From a virus, in IMG/VR virus record IMGVR_UViG_3300034198_017445, positions 1 through 64,000 of that record: 64,000 nt of DNA; one strand, 5' to 3'. Each line of letters starts with the position of its first letter. Position 1 is the stretch's first letter. The notes under the pieces were generated by a model. That model was not told the origin of the DNA, did not search any database, and saw nothing but the letters and a program-made list of their open reading frames with translations. Shown here in pieces: positions 10,273 to 20,126 of the stretch. Position numbers and translations under genes: made by a program.

Positions 10273-10731
10273 ATGACTCCACAAGAACTGAAGGCATTGA
10301 TACTCAGCGACGAACAAGCAACTTCGTTGTTCAACCAGGGAAAAGACTGGGAGTGCTCGCTTCGCTGTATGGATATCGCGCCAAAGGTTCGCAAGAAATT
10401 GCAGCTAACTAGAATCGGTCTGCTCAAACTTTTTTCGGATGCAAATGGATTGCCGGGCGCAATTGTCGCCAACGCGATTTTGGATTCTATTGTCGCTATC
10501 AGCGCGCAGAATTCATTGGTTGCCAAGGTGTATGACTTTACTGGTCCAAGCACCAATCCAGACTCAATTTTCGATTGGGCTGACGGGCCATCATTGGCAA
10601 TCCTAATGGCACCAATTGATTCTGGTGGCTGTGGGTTTACGGAAGAACAATTAGCGCCGTTGCTGAGTGCTGCTTTCGAACGCCCTCACATATCTGATCT
10701 TGAAATTGAATTCGTTAGGAATCGCATCTAA
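10273..10731 (+). CDS. Hypothetical protein
   Basis: ORF closely packed in the virion operon. Confidence 0.55.
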   Translation: MTPQELKALILSDEQATSLFNQGKDWECSLRCMDIAPKVRKKLQLTRIGLLKLFSDANGLPGAIVANAILDSIVAISAQNSLVAKVYDFTGPSTNPDSIFDWADGPSLAILMAPIDSGGCGFTEEQLAPLLSAAFERPHISDLEIEFVRNRI

Positions 10732-11321
10732 TGCCGGACATTCTCAAGAAAACACCAACGTACACTCAAGTCGAAGCTCCTGTTTCGTTGACTGCTAACA
10801 CCCTCGGATCGCTTCGGACTTTGGATTTGCGCACCAAGCAAGGAGCACTGATTGGTATTCGGTTCGGCAGGTCCGTCGCTACAGTGTTGAATAGACCTGC
10901 CTATGTTTCAATCCGGCGCACTGACGGGAATACACTTTGCATTCCGTCAACAATATTTGACTTCGTGTCGCAAGTAAACGCATGTACTGCAACGACGCTT
11001 TCGAGCAGCGCATCGGCTGGAGATACTCAAGTTGTCGTTGTCAGTGGAACAGGGCTTGCGATCGGTGATGTGATTTGCTTCGCCGTAGCTGGAAGATTTG
11101 AAATAGCGAGGATCTTCAACATTGTCACTTCCACGACACTTGTGCTTGAAAGACCATTGCTCGCGGCGCATACAAGTGGCGATGCGGTTACGAACTGGGC
11201 TGAAGCGGCATGGATATTTTTGCCCGGATGGGAGCACTACGAAATTCGTTGCTGCAACGCAAGCAACCAAACAGTTCTTTTTGCGATCGATGCGGTGATT
11301 GATGAGGGCGAATCCTACTGA
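10731..11321 (+). CDS. Hypothetical virion protein
   Basis: TAATG coupling; TTLSSSASAGDTQVVV...LAIGDVI motif typical of phage structural proteins. Confidence 0.55.
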   Translation: MPDILKKTPTYTQVEAPVSLTANTLGSLRTLDLRTKQGALIGIRFGRSVATVLNRPAYVSIRRTDGNTLCIPSTIFDFVSQVNACTATTLSSSASAGDTQVVVVSGTGLAIGDVICFAVAGRFEIARIFNIVTSTTLVLERPLLAAHTSGDAVTNWAEAAWIFLPGWEHYEIRCCNASNQTVLFAIDAVIDEGESY

Positions 11322-12142
11322 TGAGCCGTCAAGGGGTTGTGCAATTCGAGAATCCTGTAAGTAGGCATCCACTGAATGTTGGGCTTCGGGCGTGGTATTA
11401 CATGCCTGACTCTAGGTTTGCAACTCAGGGTAGAATTTTCAACTTGGTAAATCGACGATTCAATCCTGGAACGGTATCTGGGACCTTCGGCTTCGGCGCG
11501 ACGCCGCGAAACTCCATTGCGTTCCGACAGCTCTCGCCTGTGTCGTTCGTCACCGTGCCGGACGGCCTGATCCCAGGGGCTGCCGCTGGAACCAGTGGCA
11601 CCGTATGCGGGTGGGTTAGAGCGACCGGCCTATGGTCGAGATTCCGCAACGTGTGGCTGTGGAACTCAAGAAATGTCGACGTGAGCATGAACGGAGGGCA
11701 GATTGGAGGAGCCGGGGCGCAGCCGTCCGCGTTCATTTTCTCCGCTACGAGGGTGACTGGCACACTGACCACGGACGCACGCTGGGTATGGCTTGCGGCG
11801 ACTCTTCGCTACAACGGCACGTTGAATGTGTACGTCAACGGCGTATCGATTGGATCCAGTGCCGTCGGAACCCATCAAACGCAAGTCGGATTCACTGCGA
11901 GGATTTGGGCGTACAGCGATCCAGTTGCGAATCAAGCTGACTGGCTTGGACCGTACGAATTCGACTACACGCGAGTCTATGACCGGGATTTGAGTGCGGA
12001 AGAAATTAGGTTTTTGTATATGGAGTCGCTTGACGGAAACCAGAATACATTAAATCTGGAGCGTCAGCGCCGATATGGGTTCGCTTCTACTCCAAGCGGA
12101 TCGCTTTTGCAATCTAGCTATTTCATGGCATTTCCAGGATAA
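11321..12142 (+). CDS. LamG/concanavalin-like lectin domain virion protein
   Basis: TVCGWVR...WVWLAAT...NVYVNGV...RVYDRDLSAEEI is a LamG-like pattern. Confidence 0.75.
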   Translation: MSRQGVVQFENPVSRHPLNVGLRAWYYMPDSRFATQGRIFNLVNRRFNPGTVSGTFGFGATPRNSIAFRQLSPVSFVTVPDGLIPGAAAGTSGTVCGWVRATGLWSRFRNVWLWNSRNVDVSMNGGQIGGAGAQPSAFIFSATRVTGTLTTDARWVWLAATLRYNGTLNVYVNGVSIGSSAVGTHQTQVGFTARIWAYSDPVANQADWLGPYEFDYTRVYDRDLSAEEIRFLYMESLDGNQNTLNLERQRRYGFASTPSGSLLQSSYFMAFPG

Positions 12143-12145
12143 ATC

Positions 12146-12688
12146 ATGCTCGTTTCGTGGGTTGGTTTCGTCATCCTGTCTTGGCTTGCTGCTGACTTTG
12201 TCTCTGGGTTTTTTCATTGGCTGGAGGATAGGTACTTTGACAAAGATTGGCCGATTGTCGGAAAGTACATCGCAACTCCAAATCAAGAGCATCATGCGCG
12301 ACCGCAGGCGTTTCTAAGTGGTTCTTACTGGTATCGAAATTGGACGACGATTGTTCCTGCCCTGGCGGGACTTGCGGTCTGCTTGCTGGTTCCATCGTTG
12401 CATTGCGGTTGGTTGACGTGCTTGTTTTTGACTCAAGCAAACGAACTGCATGCCTGGAGCCATCAGCACGGGCACCTTACAAAGCCCATTGTGCTGATCC
12501 AAGAGACGGGCGTTGTGCAGTCGTGTCGTCATCATGCCGAGCACCACCGAAGCCCACATGAGGTGCGCTATTGCGTAATGTCAAACTGGTTGAATCCGTT
12601 TCTGGACTGCGTTGGTTTTTGGTATGCTTGCGAGCGTGTTCTTGCTTGTGTCGGTATTCGCGTCAGGGAGATAAATCATGCCTCTTGA
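12146..12688 (+). CDS. carF: CarF/TMEM189(PEDS1)/FAD4-family membrane lipid desaturase
   Basis: ADFVSGFFHWLEDRY, EHHARP, NELHAWSH, HHAEHHRSPHEVRYCVMSNWLNPFLD; His-box set and TM segments. Confidence 0.85.
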   Translation: MLVSWVGFVILSWLAADFVSGFFHWLEDRYFDKDWPIVGKYIATPNQEHHARPQAFLSGSYWYRNWTTIVPALAGLAVCLLVPSLHCGWLTCLFLTQANELHAWSHQHGHLTKPIVLIQETGVVQSCRHHAEHHRSPHEVRYCVMSNWLNPFLDCVGFWYACERVLACVGIRVREINHAS

Positions 12689-13025
12689 AATCACGTTAGT
12701 TCCGGACGCGTCACCAACTCTGCGAGCGTACAAACGATCGGACGGTGTCGCGCAGGGCACTCCGATCTCGGGCACGGCGGTCGGTTCTCGATCGGCGCTT
12801 TACGAGTTCGACTTGTCGTCGCTTCCGAACGGCGACTACTGTTGTGATATTTCTAGCCCACTTGCGCGTCTTTATGTTCGCAAGACAGGGTCGGTTATTG
12901 TTGATGCGGGATCCTGGGTCGACTTAGATGCCGTCACTCGCGTCGCTACGCTTCCCGCCTATGGCGAGTCGCAAGAGTGGGACAGCGGAACGAATCAATT
13001 AAACGTCACGATCACGAAGAACTAA
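12678..13025 (+). CDS. Hypothetical virion protein
   Basis: GGAG RBS; in the structural operon. Confidence 0.5.
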   Translation: MPLEITLVPDASPTLRAYKRSDGVAQGTPISGTAVGSRSALYEFDLSSLPNGDYCCDISSPLARLYVRKTGSVIVDAGSWVDLDAVTRVATLPAYGESQEWDSGTNQLNVTITKN

Positions 13026-13026
13026 C

Positions 13027-13476
13027 ATGGCACTTGTAACTACGTTCTGCGAATTCTTCGGCTGCGGTAGCGGTGGTGGGAACCCTTCGATCACTGGTTC
13101 GGTCGTCAATCTTTTGTCGGTCGATTACGAGGATGACTGGATCTACCTTGAGGGAATCGAAGACGTTGGTTTTGTTCTTGGACCGCAGCGAGATGCGACC
13201 GGCTTGACTGCTCCTACCAGCGGTGTCAAGGCAAAGCGTGCGAGCATGACCCACAACGAGGTCGTGGTTGCGGCTGCTACGATCGGCTACGAAGCGAACG
13301 ATTGCGTGTTTGTGGTTTGGGCTCAAACTCTGACCAGCAGCGGCACACCGTTCGATCCAAGGCCAGGGGATACAATTCGGGCGTTCGACTATGACTGGAT
13401 CATCAAGTCTGCAAAAAGGAACGTCGACTTTTCTCAGTATCGGTGCGTCGTTAAGCGATCGGCAAAGCAAGCATGA
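13027..13476 (+). CDS. Putative head-closure / head-tail adaptor
   Basis: PRPGDTI...WIIKSA...RCVV beta-barrel pattern and synteny. Confidence 0.5.
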   Translation: MALVTTFCEFFGCGSGGGNPSITGSVVNLLSVDYEDDWIYLEGIEDVGFVLGPQRDATGLTAPTSGVKAKRASMTHNEVVVAAATIGYEANDCVFVVWAQTLTSSGTPFDPRPGDTIRAFDYDWIIKSAKRNVDFSQYRCVVKRSAKQA

Positions 13477-13919
13477 TCCCTCGTGAGTTCATGGCTTCCG
13501 ATGCTTTGGATGTGATGACTTCGTTCGCGGATGACTTTGAGAGCGTGTCCGTTCGGGATGCGTTCGAAGCAATCAAACCAGACGTTCGCGAGGCGTTTGC
13601 TTCTAACTTTGCAAACACTCGTGCACCGTATGGAACGTGGCCCCCCCATTCACCGTACACGGTTGCAAGGTATGGACCGCACCCACTGTTGATTCTGTCC
13701 GGCGCGATGCTCGCAAGCGTGACCACAAGCGGTGCTTCGGAGTCGATCGAGGAGACTGGCGATCGGTATATGGTGCTCGGGACTGGGTTTTTCTATGCTC
13801 CCTACCAGCAGTTTGGAACCAGGAAGATCCCACCCAGGCCGTTTTTGTGGCTGACTGGTGATGCTGCTGATCAGATTTCCGAGAAATTCCTTGATGCATG
13901 CTGGACTATTTTGGTCTGA
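13473..13919 (+). CDS. Virion morphogenesis protein (Mu gpG / tail completion S-like)
   Basis: WPPHSPYT, LILSGAMLAS, YAPYQQFGTRKIPPRPFL. Confidence 0.85.
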   Translation: MIPREFMASDALDVMTSFADDFESVSVRDAFEAIKPDVREAFASNFANTRAPYGTWPPHSPYTVARYGPHPLLILSGAMLASVTTSGASESIEETGDRYMVLGTGFFYAPYQQFGTRKIPPRPFLWLTGDAADQISEKFLDACWTILV

Positions 13920-13935
13920 GAACGGCTATGTAATT

Positions 13936-14871
13936 ATGGAAAAGTCGAAGCGGCAAATAGGGAGCGTGGTTGGGTTGGCGATCGGTGATGCGATTGGCGC
14001 TCCGTGGGAGTTCACGCGTGGTCCGAATGTGGTAAATGGATACGAGTCCGGTGGTCCCTGGGATCTTGAGAAAGGGCAGTGGACGGACGACACGTCGATG
14101 GCGCTGTGCTTGGCTGATTCGATTATCGAGTCGGGGTGGTCGCTTCGTGATCAGCTTGATCGGTATGTTCGCTGGCACCGCGATGGGTATATGTCTAGCA
14201 CTGGTTCGTGCTTTGATATTGGCGTGACGACATGCCGGTCGCTGAGTGCTTACCAGAAGACTGGATTCACGATTGCCCCCCATGACGATCGAAGTCGTGG
14301 CAACGGTTCGATAATGCGTCTTGCTCCTGCAGCGGTTTATGCTTCTCGTATTTTTGACGTTTGCGGCATGCGCGGCGCTTTGGCTTTTGCGAATCTTTGC
14401 GGGACGTCGTCGCTGACAACTCACTCGCATCGGGAGTGCGTCGACTGCTGTGCATTTCTCGGGCTCGTGCTTGGGTTTCTTTACGAGTCGATGAGCCTGG
14501 AGGAGTGCTTCAAGCAGGACGCTTGGCATGCGATTCAAATGCTTGAGAGTTTCCCGGAGATCGGGTACGAGGTTTTTGAGTCGTCAAAGAAGCCTGTTCC
14601 GTTCGGCGTCAGGGGGCGTGCGATCGATACGTTGATTGCTGCTATTCATTGCGTTGCTACGACGAGCACGTTTTGCGAGGCTGTCTGCAAGGCTGCGGCG
14701 CTTGGTGGGGACACGGATTCGGTTGGTGCTGTCGCTGGTCAGATCGCTGGGGCACTGTACGGTATCGACGGCATTGACCATGATTTGATCGGGGGGCTGT
14801 TCTGGTCTGACAAAATCACGGCAATGGCAACGGAACTATCGGAGTGGGTAGAAAAGCCAAGAAAAAAATAA
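13936..14871 (+). CDS. ADP-ribosylglycohydrolase (DraG/ARH family)
   Basis: GLAIGDAIGAPWEF, WTDDTSMALCLADS, GNGSIMRLAP, GGDTDSVGAVAGQIAGALYG. Confidence 0.92.
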   Translation: MEKSKRQIGSVVGLAIGDAIGAPWEFTRGPNVVNGYESGGPWDLEKGQWTDDTSMALCLADSIIESGWSLRDQLDRYVRWHRDGYMSSTGSCFDIGVTTCRSLSAYQKTGFTIAPHDDRSRGNGSIMRLAPAAVYASRIFDVCGMRGALAFANLCGTSSLTTHSHRECVDCCAFLGLVLGFLYESMSLEECFKQDAWHAIQMLESFPEIGYEVFESSKKPVPFGVRGRAIDTLIAAIHCVATTSTFCEAVCKAAALGGDTDSVGAVAGQIAGALYGIDGIDHDLIGGLFWSDKITAMATELSEWVEKPRKK

Positions 14872-15143
14872 GACTTGCGCCAAAGAGACGCGTTGCAAAA
14901 CCGGAGTGCATTCCGGACTGTATCGATGACGACGTTGTGGTGTATGCTGGCGTGCCGAGCAAGCCTACGGACGCATTGCCTGGAACGGCGGAAAAGAAAA
15001 GAGTGCTTGCTGAACGGTTTTCTCGTGGGGAAGATTTGTTTCATCCAGACGATCCTTCTGAAATCATCAACATGATGGAGATGCACTATGGCTTTGTTCT
15101 CTCGGGCGATAACGATCGGCAATGCGATCGTGACGATTCTTAA
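14844..15143 (+). CDS. Small conserved hypothetical protein (PT-x-A-x-PG...EK...LFHP-x-D family)
   Basis: PTDALPGTAEKKRVLAERFSRGEDLFHPDD resembles a family recalled from Planctomycete genomes. Confidence 0.55.
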   Translation: MGRKAKKKIRLAPKRRVAKPECIPDCIDDDVVVYAGVPSKPTDALPGTAEKKRVLAERFSRGEDLFHPDDPSEIINMMEMHYGFVLSGDNDRQCDRDDS

Positions 15144-15597
15144 TGCCGATCCTGATCTTGCTACCTACGATTTTGTTTTTCAAAAAAAGCCGTACAACCG
15201 AACGAATCCAGACTTGGACTTCGGTGTTGTTTCGCTTCCGCAGGTCATGGTTCGCGACTTCGAAAACGAGGAAGAGGAGATTTCGTTTCAGTTTAAGGTG
15301 TCGATCTCGCGCCCTGCAGACGGCGATTTGACTTCTGGAATAGAGGACCAATGCGGCGCGATTGAACGTGTCGCAGATTTGTTTCGAAATCGGGCTGGTC
15401 GGTATCTTCCGACTGCCCTAAAGGTGACCGCACAGAACGCGATGAATGCGGCAACTACAAGCGGTTACATTGCTTCGACGGCGATCGAAAAGACCACGTC
15501 TCAAATCACGGGCATGTTCGTGGACGGCGCGTTCGAAGCGGGTTATGATTCATCGTCGTGCGTCGTGACTGTTATTTGCCGTGCTACCAGGATCTAA
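15088..15597 (+). CDS. Putative tail terminator protein
   Basis: Size and position upstream of the tail tube gene. Confidence 0.5.
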   Translation: MALFSRAITIGNAIVTILNADPDLATYDFVFQKKPYNRTNPDLDFGVVSLPQVMVRDFENEEEEISFQFKVSISRPADGDLTSGIEDQCGAIERVADLFRNRAGRYLPTALKVTAQNAMNAATTSGYIASTAIEKTTSQITGMFVDGAFEAGYDSSSCVVTVICRATRI

Positions 15598-15600
15598 AAA

Positions 15601-15915
15601 ATGAGCACTGATGATGTTTCGCTTGATGTAATTCCTGCTCTCTCCGTGCCTGACGAATCGGGAAGTGTAAAAATTGACACTTCGTTAAGTCCTGATGTGG
15701 TCGTGAGTTCGGACGATGCGAAAGCCGTAGTCGATGGATACTGGGTATGCGATGGAAAGTGGGTCATGGCTCCTACGGACCACGAGGCTTCGGTGATCTA
15801 TGTCGGTTTTTTTCGTGCTGAGCCTGCTTGCGTTGTTCCAGCGACTTCGTACCCGGAAAAAGGGGAACACGTCTATTTGATTCGCGACGGTCAGCCTGTC
15901 GACGAACTGGCGTAG
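15601..15915 (+). CDS. Hypothetical protein
   Basis: 104 aa ORF in the operon. Confidence 0.5.
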   Translation: MSTDDVSLDVIPALSVPDESGSVKIDTSLSPDVVVSSDDAKAVVDGYWVCDGKWVMAPTDHEASVIYVGFFRAEPACVVPATSYPEKGEHVYLIRDGQPVDELA

Positions 15916-15938
15916 TGTGCGCATGGGTTGGGTATCAT
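15916..15938 (+). promoter_or_regulatory. Putative late promoter TGTGCGCA-N9-TATCAT
   Basis: Copy of the four-site motif, upstream of the tail tube gene. Confidence 0.65.
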
Positions 15939-15960
15939 TCCCTTTGGAGGATTGTTACCT

Positions 15961-16902
15961 ATGAGTCAAAGTGCAGCAGCTAGGTTGATGCTAGCCGACG
16001 ATGCGGCTATCACGACGAATCCGATCGCGGTCGCGTTTTCGGATTGTTCGTTGGCAGGTCCACAAACGATCGCGACGCACATGGGGCACCGTGGAACGCG
16101 GCAGCGTGCTTCGTGCCGTTCTCGTGTCGTCTCATCCAAGTCGCAAGGAAACATCACAGGAAATTTTTCGGTCACTGAGATCGACTGGTTTTTGAACCGC
16201 GCTCTCGGTGGTGCTACGCTCGGTGCGAACGGAACGCTTGCGGCTTCTGGAAATTCGACTATTTATCCAGGCGAGTCCCTGCTTCCGATCTATGCGCTGG
16301 TCGACAAGGTCGCTGCAATCTACCTGTACAACAAACTTCGCATTGCCAGCTTTGAGGTTGGTGGTCAGGAAACTCAGTATCTGAACTGGTCGATTGCTAC
16401 GGCTGGTGAACTTGAGACGGTCTATGGTTCGGCGTGGCCATCGACACCTGCTTACGAGTGCGGGACTTCGTTCCTGTTCTCGGATTGCACTCTGACTTAC
16501 AGCGGGACTGCATACAAAATGCAATCGTTCCGGTTGTCTGTCAGCAATGCTCTTGATGCTCAGCAGTACGAAAACTCGATCACTCCGTCGAGGTTTGAAA
16601 CTCCTGACTTGCAGGTCGGACTGTCTGTCCAGTGTGCGTTGCGATCGGATACGATCGCGCTGTACAACGCTGCGCTCGCTGGTGCGGCTGCGAAACTTTC
16701 AATCAGCAACGGATCGACTTCTGGTTGCGTTACCTATGATTTTAATTTTGGAAACCTGAAGTATCGTCAGGGGGCTCCGACCATTCCTCCCCAGGGACGG
16801 ATCAACATGCCATTGCAGTTTGAGGCGTTCCGTTCGGCTGCTGTTTCCAGCTTTGTGATCGGTGACAATCAAATTCACGTCGCGAAGACTGTTACGCCAT
16901 AG
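15961..16902 (+). CDS. Major tail (tube) protein
   Basis: GGAGG RBS; beta-rich; precedes the chaperone pair and tape measure. Confidence 0.7.
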   Translation: MSQSAAARLMLADDAAITTNPIAVAFSDCSLAGPQTIATHMGHRGTRQRASCRSRVVSSKSQGNITGNFSVTEIDWFLNRALGGATLGANGTLAASGNSTIYPGESLLPIYALVDKVAAIYLYNKLRIASFEVGGQETQYLNWSIATAGELETVYGSAWPSTPAYECGTSFLFSDCTLTYSGTAYKMQSFRLSVSNALDAQQYENSITPSRFETPDLQVGLSVQCALRSDTIALYNAALAGAAAKLSISNGSTSGCVTYDFNFGNLKYRQGAPTIPPQGRINMPLQFEAFRSAAVSSFVIGDNQIHVAKTVTP

Positions 16903-16952
16903 TCGCTGTTTGCTACAATCGGCGTTTTCTGATTCTCTAAAACGAGGCCGAT

Positions 16953-17366
16953 ATGCGTACTGATGGCGAAGCAAACCTGGAAGCTGACGACTGGACAAAC
17001 CCGTTTGTGCGTGGGGCTGGCGAGTGTCCTGCGTTCGTGCAATCAAAGATTGGTCTGTATCCTTCGGTGTTCTATAAGTACCGTAGGATTGCTCCACGAA
17101 TGATCGAGAGGCTTCACAAGGAGTTTCGCGATAGCACGTCGAACAAAGATGCCGGAACTTCTATCGGAGTTGCGCAGCGAATCGTTTTCGAGCACGTTAC
17201 GTCGTGGTCGTTCGGTGAGTTGAGCCGAGAACGAATCGAGCAGTTGATACATCCGTTGCTGCTCAAGGTTTTCTGGCAAATCATGCAGTCGGACCCAACT
17301 GATCCGATTCCAGAAAAGTATTTACCAGAGTCGGAAGAGGATGCAGATAGCGACGAAAAAAAATAA
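16953..17366 (+). CDS. Tail assembly chaperone (lambda gpG-like)
   Basis: Synteny; ends in a GAAAAAAAATAA slippery run. Confidence 0.65.
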   Translation: MRTDGEANLEADDWTNPFVRGAGECPAFVQSKIGLYPSVFYKYRRIAPRMIERLHKEFRDSTSNKDAGTSIGVAQRIVFEHVTSWSFGELSRERIEQLIHPLLLKVFWQIMQSDPTDPIPEKYLPESEEDADSDEKK

Positions 17367-17782
17367 TGACATGGTTCGCGGTGTCGCTTTCAAACCCGGC
17401 GCTGGCATCGCGGCCATGTGATCTATGTCGGCAGATCATGTTCGACGAGGAAACTGGTATGCCGTATGAATCAAAGCCTGGATCCAAAACCAAGTATGAC
17501 GCTCGCGTCGGGAAGGTTCCCTGCGAGACGTCTATTGGTTGCAAGAAGGGGCATTGGAAAGACAAGCCTGATCTAAATCCTTCGCAGGAAGCTGTAATCG
17601 ACTTGTTCTATTCTTCGCGCGCCACGGGGGGAGCGTTTTTGTCTCGTGCCGAACGGCGCGATTGGTGGCTGCTTACTATTTTTGCGCGTCTTCAGGCCAT
17701 CTCCGAGGCAAACGAGAGATCCGCATCGTCGTCGCTTTTGAGTTGCATCACTGCGATGCAGACGGGGGCAGTCAATGGCTGA
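17366..17782 (+). CDS. Tail assembly chaperone extension (gpT-like, -1 frameshift product)
   Basis: In the -1 frame of the upstream ORF and open through A AAA AAA at 17357-17363. Confidence 0.6.
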   Translation: MTWFAVSLSNPALASRPCDLCRQIMFDEETGMPYESKPGSKTKYDARVGKVPCETSIGCKKGHWKDKPDLNPSQEAVIDLFYSSRATGGAFLSRAERRDWWLLTIFARLQAISEANERSASSSLLSCITAMQTGAVNG

Positions 17783-20126
17783 GAATGCTGAACGCGGCGT
17801 AACATTCTTGCTTCGTGCAAAGGCGGATCCTAGCTCGCGCACCGTCATCGAAAGTTTTGGGCATGATCTAAGTTCGGCGCAGTCGCAAATCGACAAGGCT
17901 GTCTCTACGACTGCTCGCAATGTCGAGACGGCTGTCGATGCCCAAAACGCAAGGACCAAGGCTGCGGTGGATGCTTCGATCTCTGAACGGCAGCGTGCTG
18001 TCGATAGGTCGATCAAGGATCAGCAGGAGGCTGAGGAAAAGGCGCTTAATGATCGCGCTTCGGCGATTCGTCAAAGCGAGTCTAAGATATCGGCTATCGA
18101 GATGGACCTTGAAAGCAAGTCTCTTGAGGAACTGGAGGCTATGCGAGAACAGCGGATTGCGCAGCGTCTTGCAAAGGAGGAGCAGAAGTACCTGGAAGCG
18201 ATGCAGGCTCGCATTGCTGCGGACAAGGCTTACGAGCAGATTTCTGACGCTGCTCAAAAACAAACGGTCGAGACGGGTCGTGCGTTGTCGAAGGAAGAAA
18301 TCGACATCATCAAGCAGATCCAGAAAGCTCGCGATACCTTGACTCGCGAGGCAGAGGCTTCTGAAAAGCGATGGACTTCGGTGCAAGAAGCGGAGTCAGA
18401 ACGGCGCTTAAATTCTGCCATCGTCGAAGCCAAAAAGAAGAAGTCTGTCCAGGACGAGCAGGACGAGGCTGTCAAGGCGTCGCATGAAAAGGTCGAGAAG
18501 CACCTGGAGGACATGAAAAACGCACTCAGCGGCGCTCTGCTTGCTTCTGGTCAGTTGGCGCGTGGTCTTGCTTTCCTCGGGCTCTCTGGCGAGAAGGAAG
18601 TCAATAGGCTCACCGAGGGGATCATTAAGTTGGTTGGTGCCCTGGATGCGTTTGAGGGTTTTGTTGGCACCGTCATCAAGATCGAAAAAGCGTACCGATC
18701 GTGGACGGCTGCAACGGTCGAGCAGGTCGCTGCAGAGCAATTGCTTGCTGCTGCTCGTGCTGGTGGTTCGGCGGTTGGCGCTGGCGTCTCGGGGGCTACC
18801 GGGGCTGTTCAGGCTGGTGCGGCAAAACGGGCTGGAAGCGCAGCGGCTGGTGGGCTCGTTGGCGAGGGTGTTGGTGGGGTTGCTGGTGGTCTTGCTGGGA
18901 CTGCGGTTGCTGGCGTCGGAGGAAAAATTGCTGGCACTGGACCGGTTGCTGGTGCGTTAGCTCGGTTGGCTGCGTTTGGGGATAGAGCGAAGGCTTTTGC
19001 TGCTCCTGTTGCTAGGGTCGCAGGAGGTTTGGCTGCGCGAGTCGCACCACCACTGGCTGCGCTTGCTGGTGGTTATGCGTTAGGAAGCGGAATCAGGAAC
19101 GCATGGGAGGAGTCGTCGATCGAGGACGATGTTTGGGGTGGTGCAACGAAGCTAGCCAAGAACGTGATTGATATGCCCACGTTCGGCTGGGGTTCGTACA
19201 TCATGGGCGAGAAGACTTTCGAGACGTCTCGCGATCGCAGACTGAAAAGCGAGGACAAGGATTTCAATCAGCGAACGGAAATCCTGAACGAAAAAAACAA
19301 AAGGGACGCGGCTGACGAGGAGTCGCTTGTCGCGCAGACAAAACAGAAACTCGAAATCCTGGAAGCTCAAGCCCAGGTTGAGAAGCATCTTCATGACCTA
19401 AAATTCAAGGACATGACGATCGACGAAAAGCGGCTGGATCTGACTTCAAGAATCGCCGATGCTACCAAGGAGGCTGCTACCGGAGACGAAAAGTCTCATG
19501 CTCGTGTCATCGATCTTTTGAACAAAAAACTGGAGACTGAGCATGCGATTTACTCCGTTCAAAAGACCGCAGCAGTTGAGCAAGAAAACACCGCTAGAAA
19601 ATTGCTCGATCTCGCGAACGCTAAACTTGAATCAGAAAAGTCTGCTCACGAGTCTGCCAAGGAACGCTTTGGTGGGATGTCAGCTAGTGAGCAACAGGAA
19701 ACGATTGACCTGTTTGCAAAGTTTCAGCAGGATCCTAAGTCGATGGATCCTGAGGCCATGCGAAAGATGGGCGGTCTTTCGAAGTCTATGGATGCCCAGA
19801 TCAAGGCTGAGAAGTTACGTCGCGCTGATGCGGCTGGCTTCGATCGAACGCTGGGTGCCAATGACGTAGCCGAAATCGCAAAGCTGGAGCACGAAATCAA
19901 AACCAAGTTGGAGGTCGACGTGCAGGCAAAGGCTGACGTGAGTGTCAAGCTGACGGCTGACTACGAAGCGATCGCTAAAACTGTAAACGAGCAGATCAAA
20001 GCCCAATGGAAAGACGTACTCGACTTGATGGCAAAACGTGTCATGGAAAACGAGTCGTCTATTCAAGATATCCTTAAAAGATTGAAGGATAGAAACATTC
20101 GCCTGACCAATGGAGGTATTCCATAA
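17775..20126 (+). CDS. Tape measure protein
   Basis: 783 aa; long coiled-coil and A/G-rich hydrophobic segments; follows the chaperone pair. Confidence 0.8.
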   Translation: MAENAERGVTFLLRAKADPSSRTVIESFGHDLSSAQSQIDKAVSTTARNVETAVDAQNARTKAAVDASISERQRAVDRSIKDQQEAEEKALNDRASAIRQSESKISAIEMDLESKSLEELEAMREQRIAQRLAKEEQKYLEAMQARIAADKAYEQISDAAQKQTVETGRALSKEEIDIIKQIQKARDTLTREAEASEKRWTSVQEAESERRLNSAIVEAKKKKSVQDEQDEAVKASHEKVEKHLEDMKNALSGALLASGQLARGLAFLGLSGEKEVNRLTEGIIKLVGALDAFEGFVGTVIKIEKAYRSWTAATVEQVAAEQLLAAARAGGSAVGAGVSGATGAVQAGAAKRAGSAAAGGLVGEGVGGVAGGLAGTAVAGVGGKIAGTGPVAGALARLAAFGDRAKAFAAPVARVAGGLAARVAPPLAALAGGYALGSGIRNAWEESSIEDDVWGGATKLAKNVIDMPTFGWGSYIMGEKTFETSRDRRLKSEDKDFNQRTEILNEKNKRDAADEESLVAQTKQKLEILEAQAQVEKHLHDLKFKDMTIDEKRLDLTSRIADATKEAATGDEKSHARVIDLLNKKLETEHAIYSVQKTAAVEQENTARKLLDLANAKLESEKSAHESAKERFGGMSASEQQETIDLFAKFQQDPKSMDPEAMRKMGGLSKSMDAQIKAEKLRRADAAGFDRTLGANDVAEIAKLEHEIKTKLEVDVQAKADVSVKLTADYEAIAKTVNEQIKAQWKDVLDLMAKRVMENESSIQDILKRLKDRNIRLTNGGIP

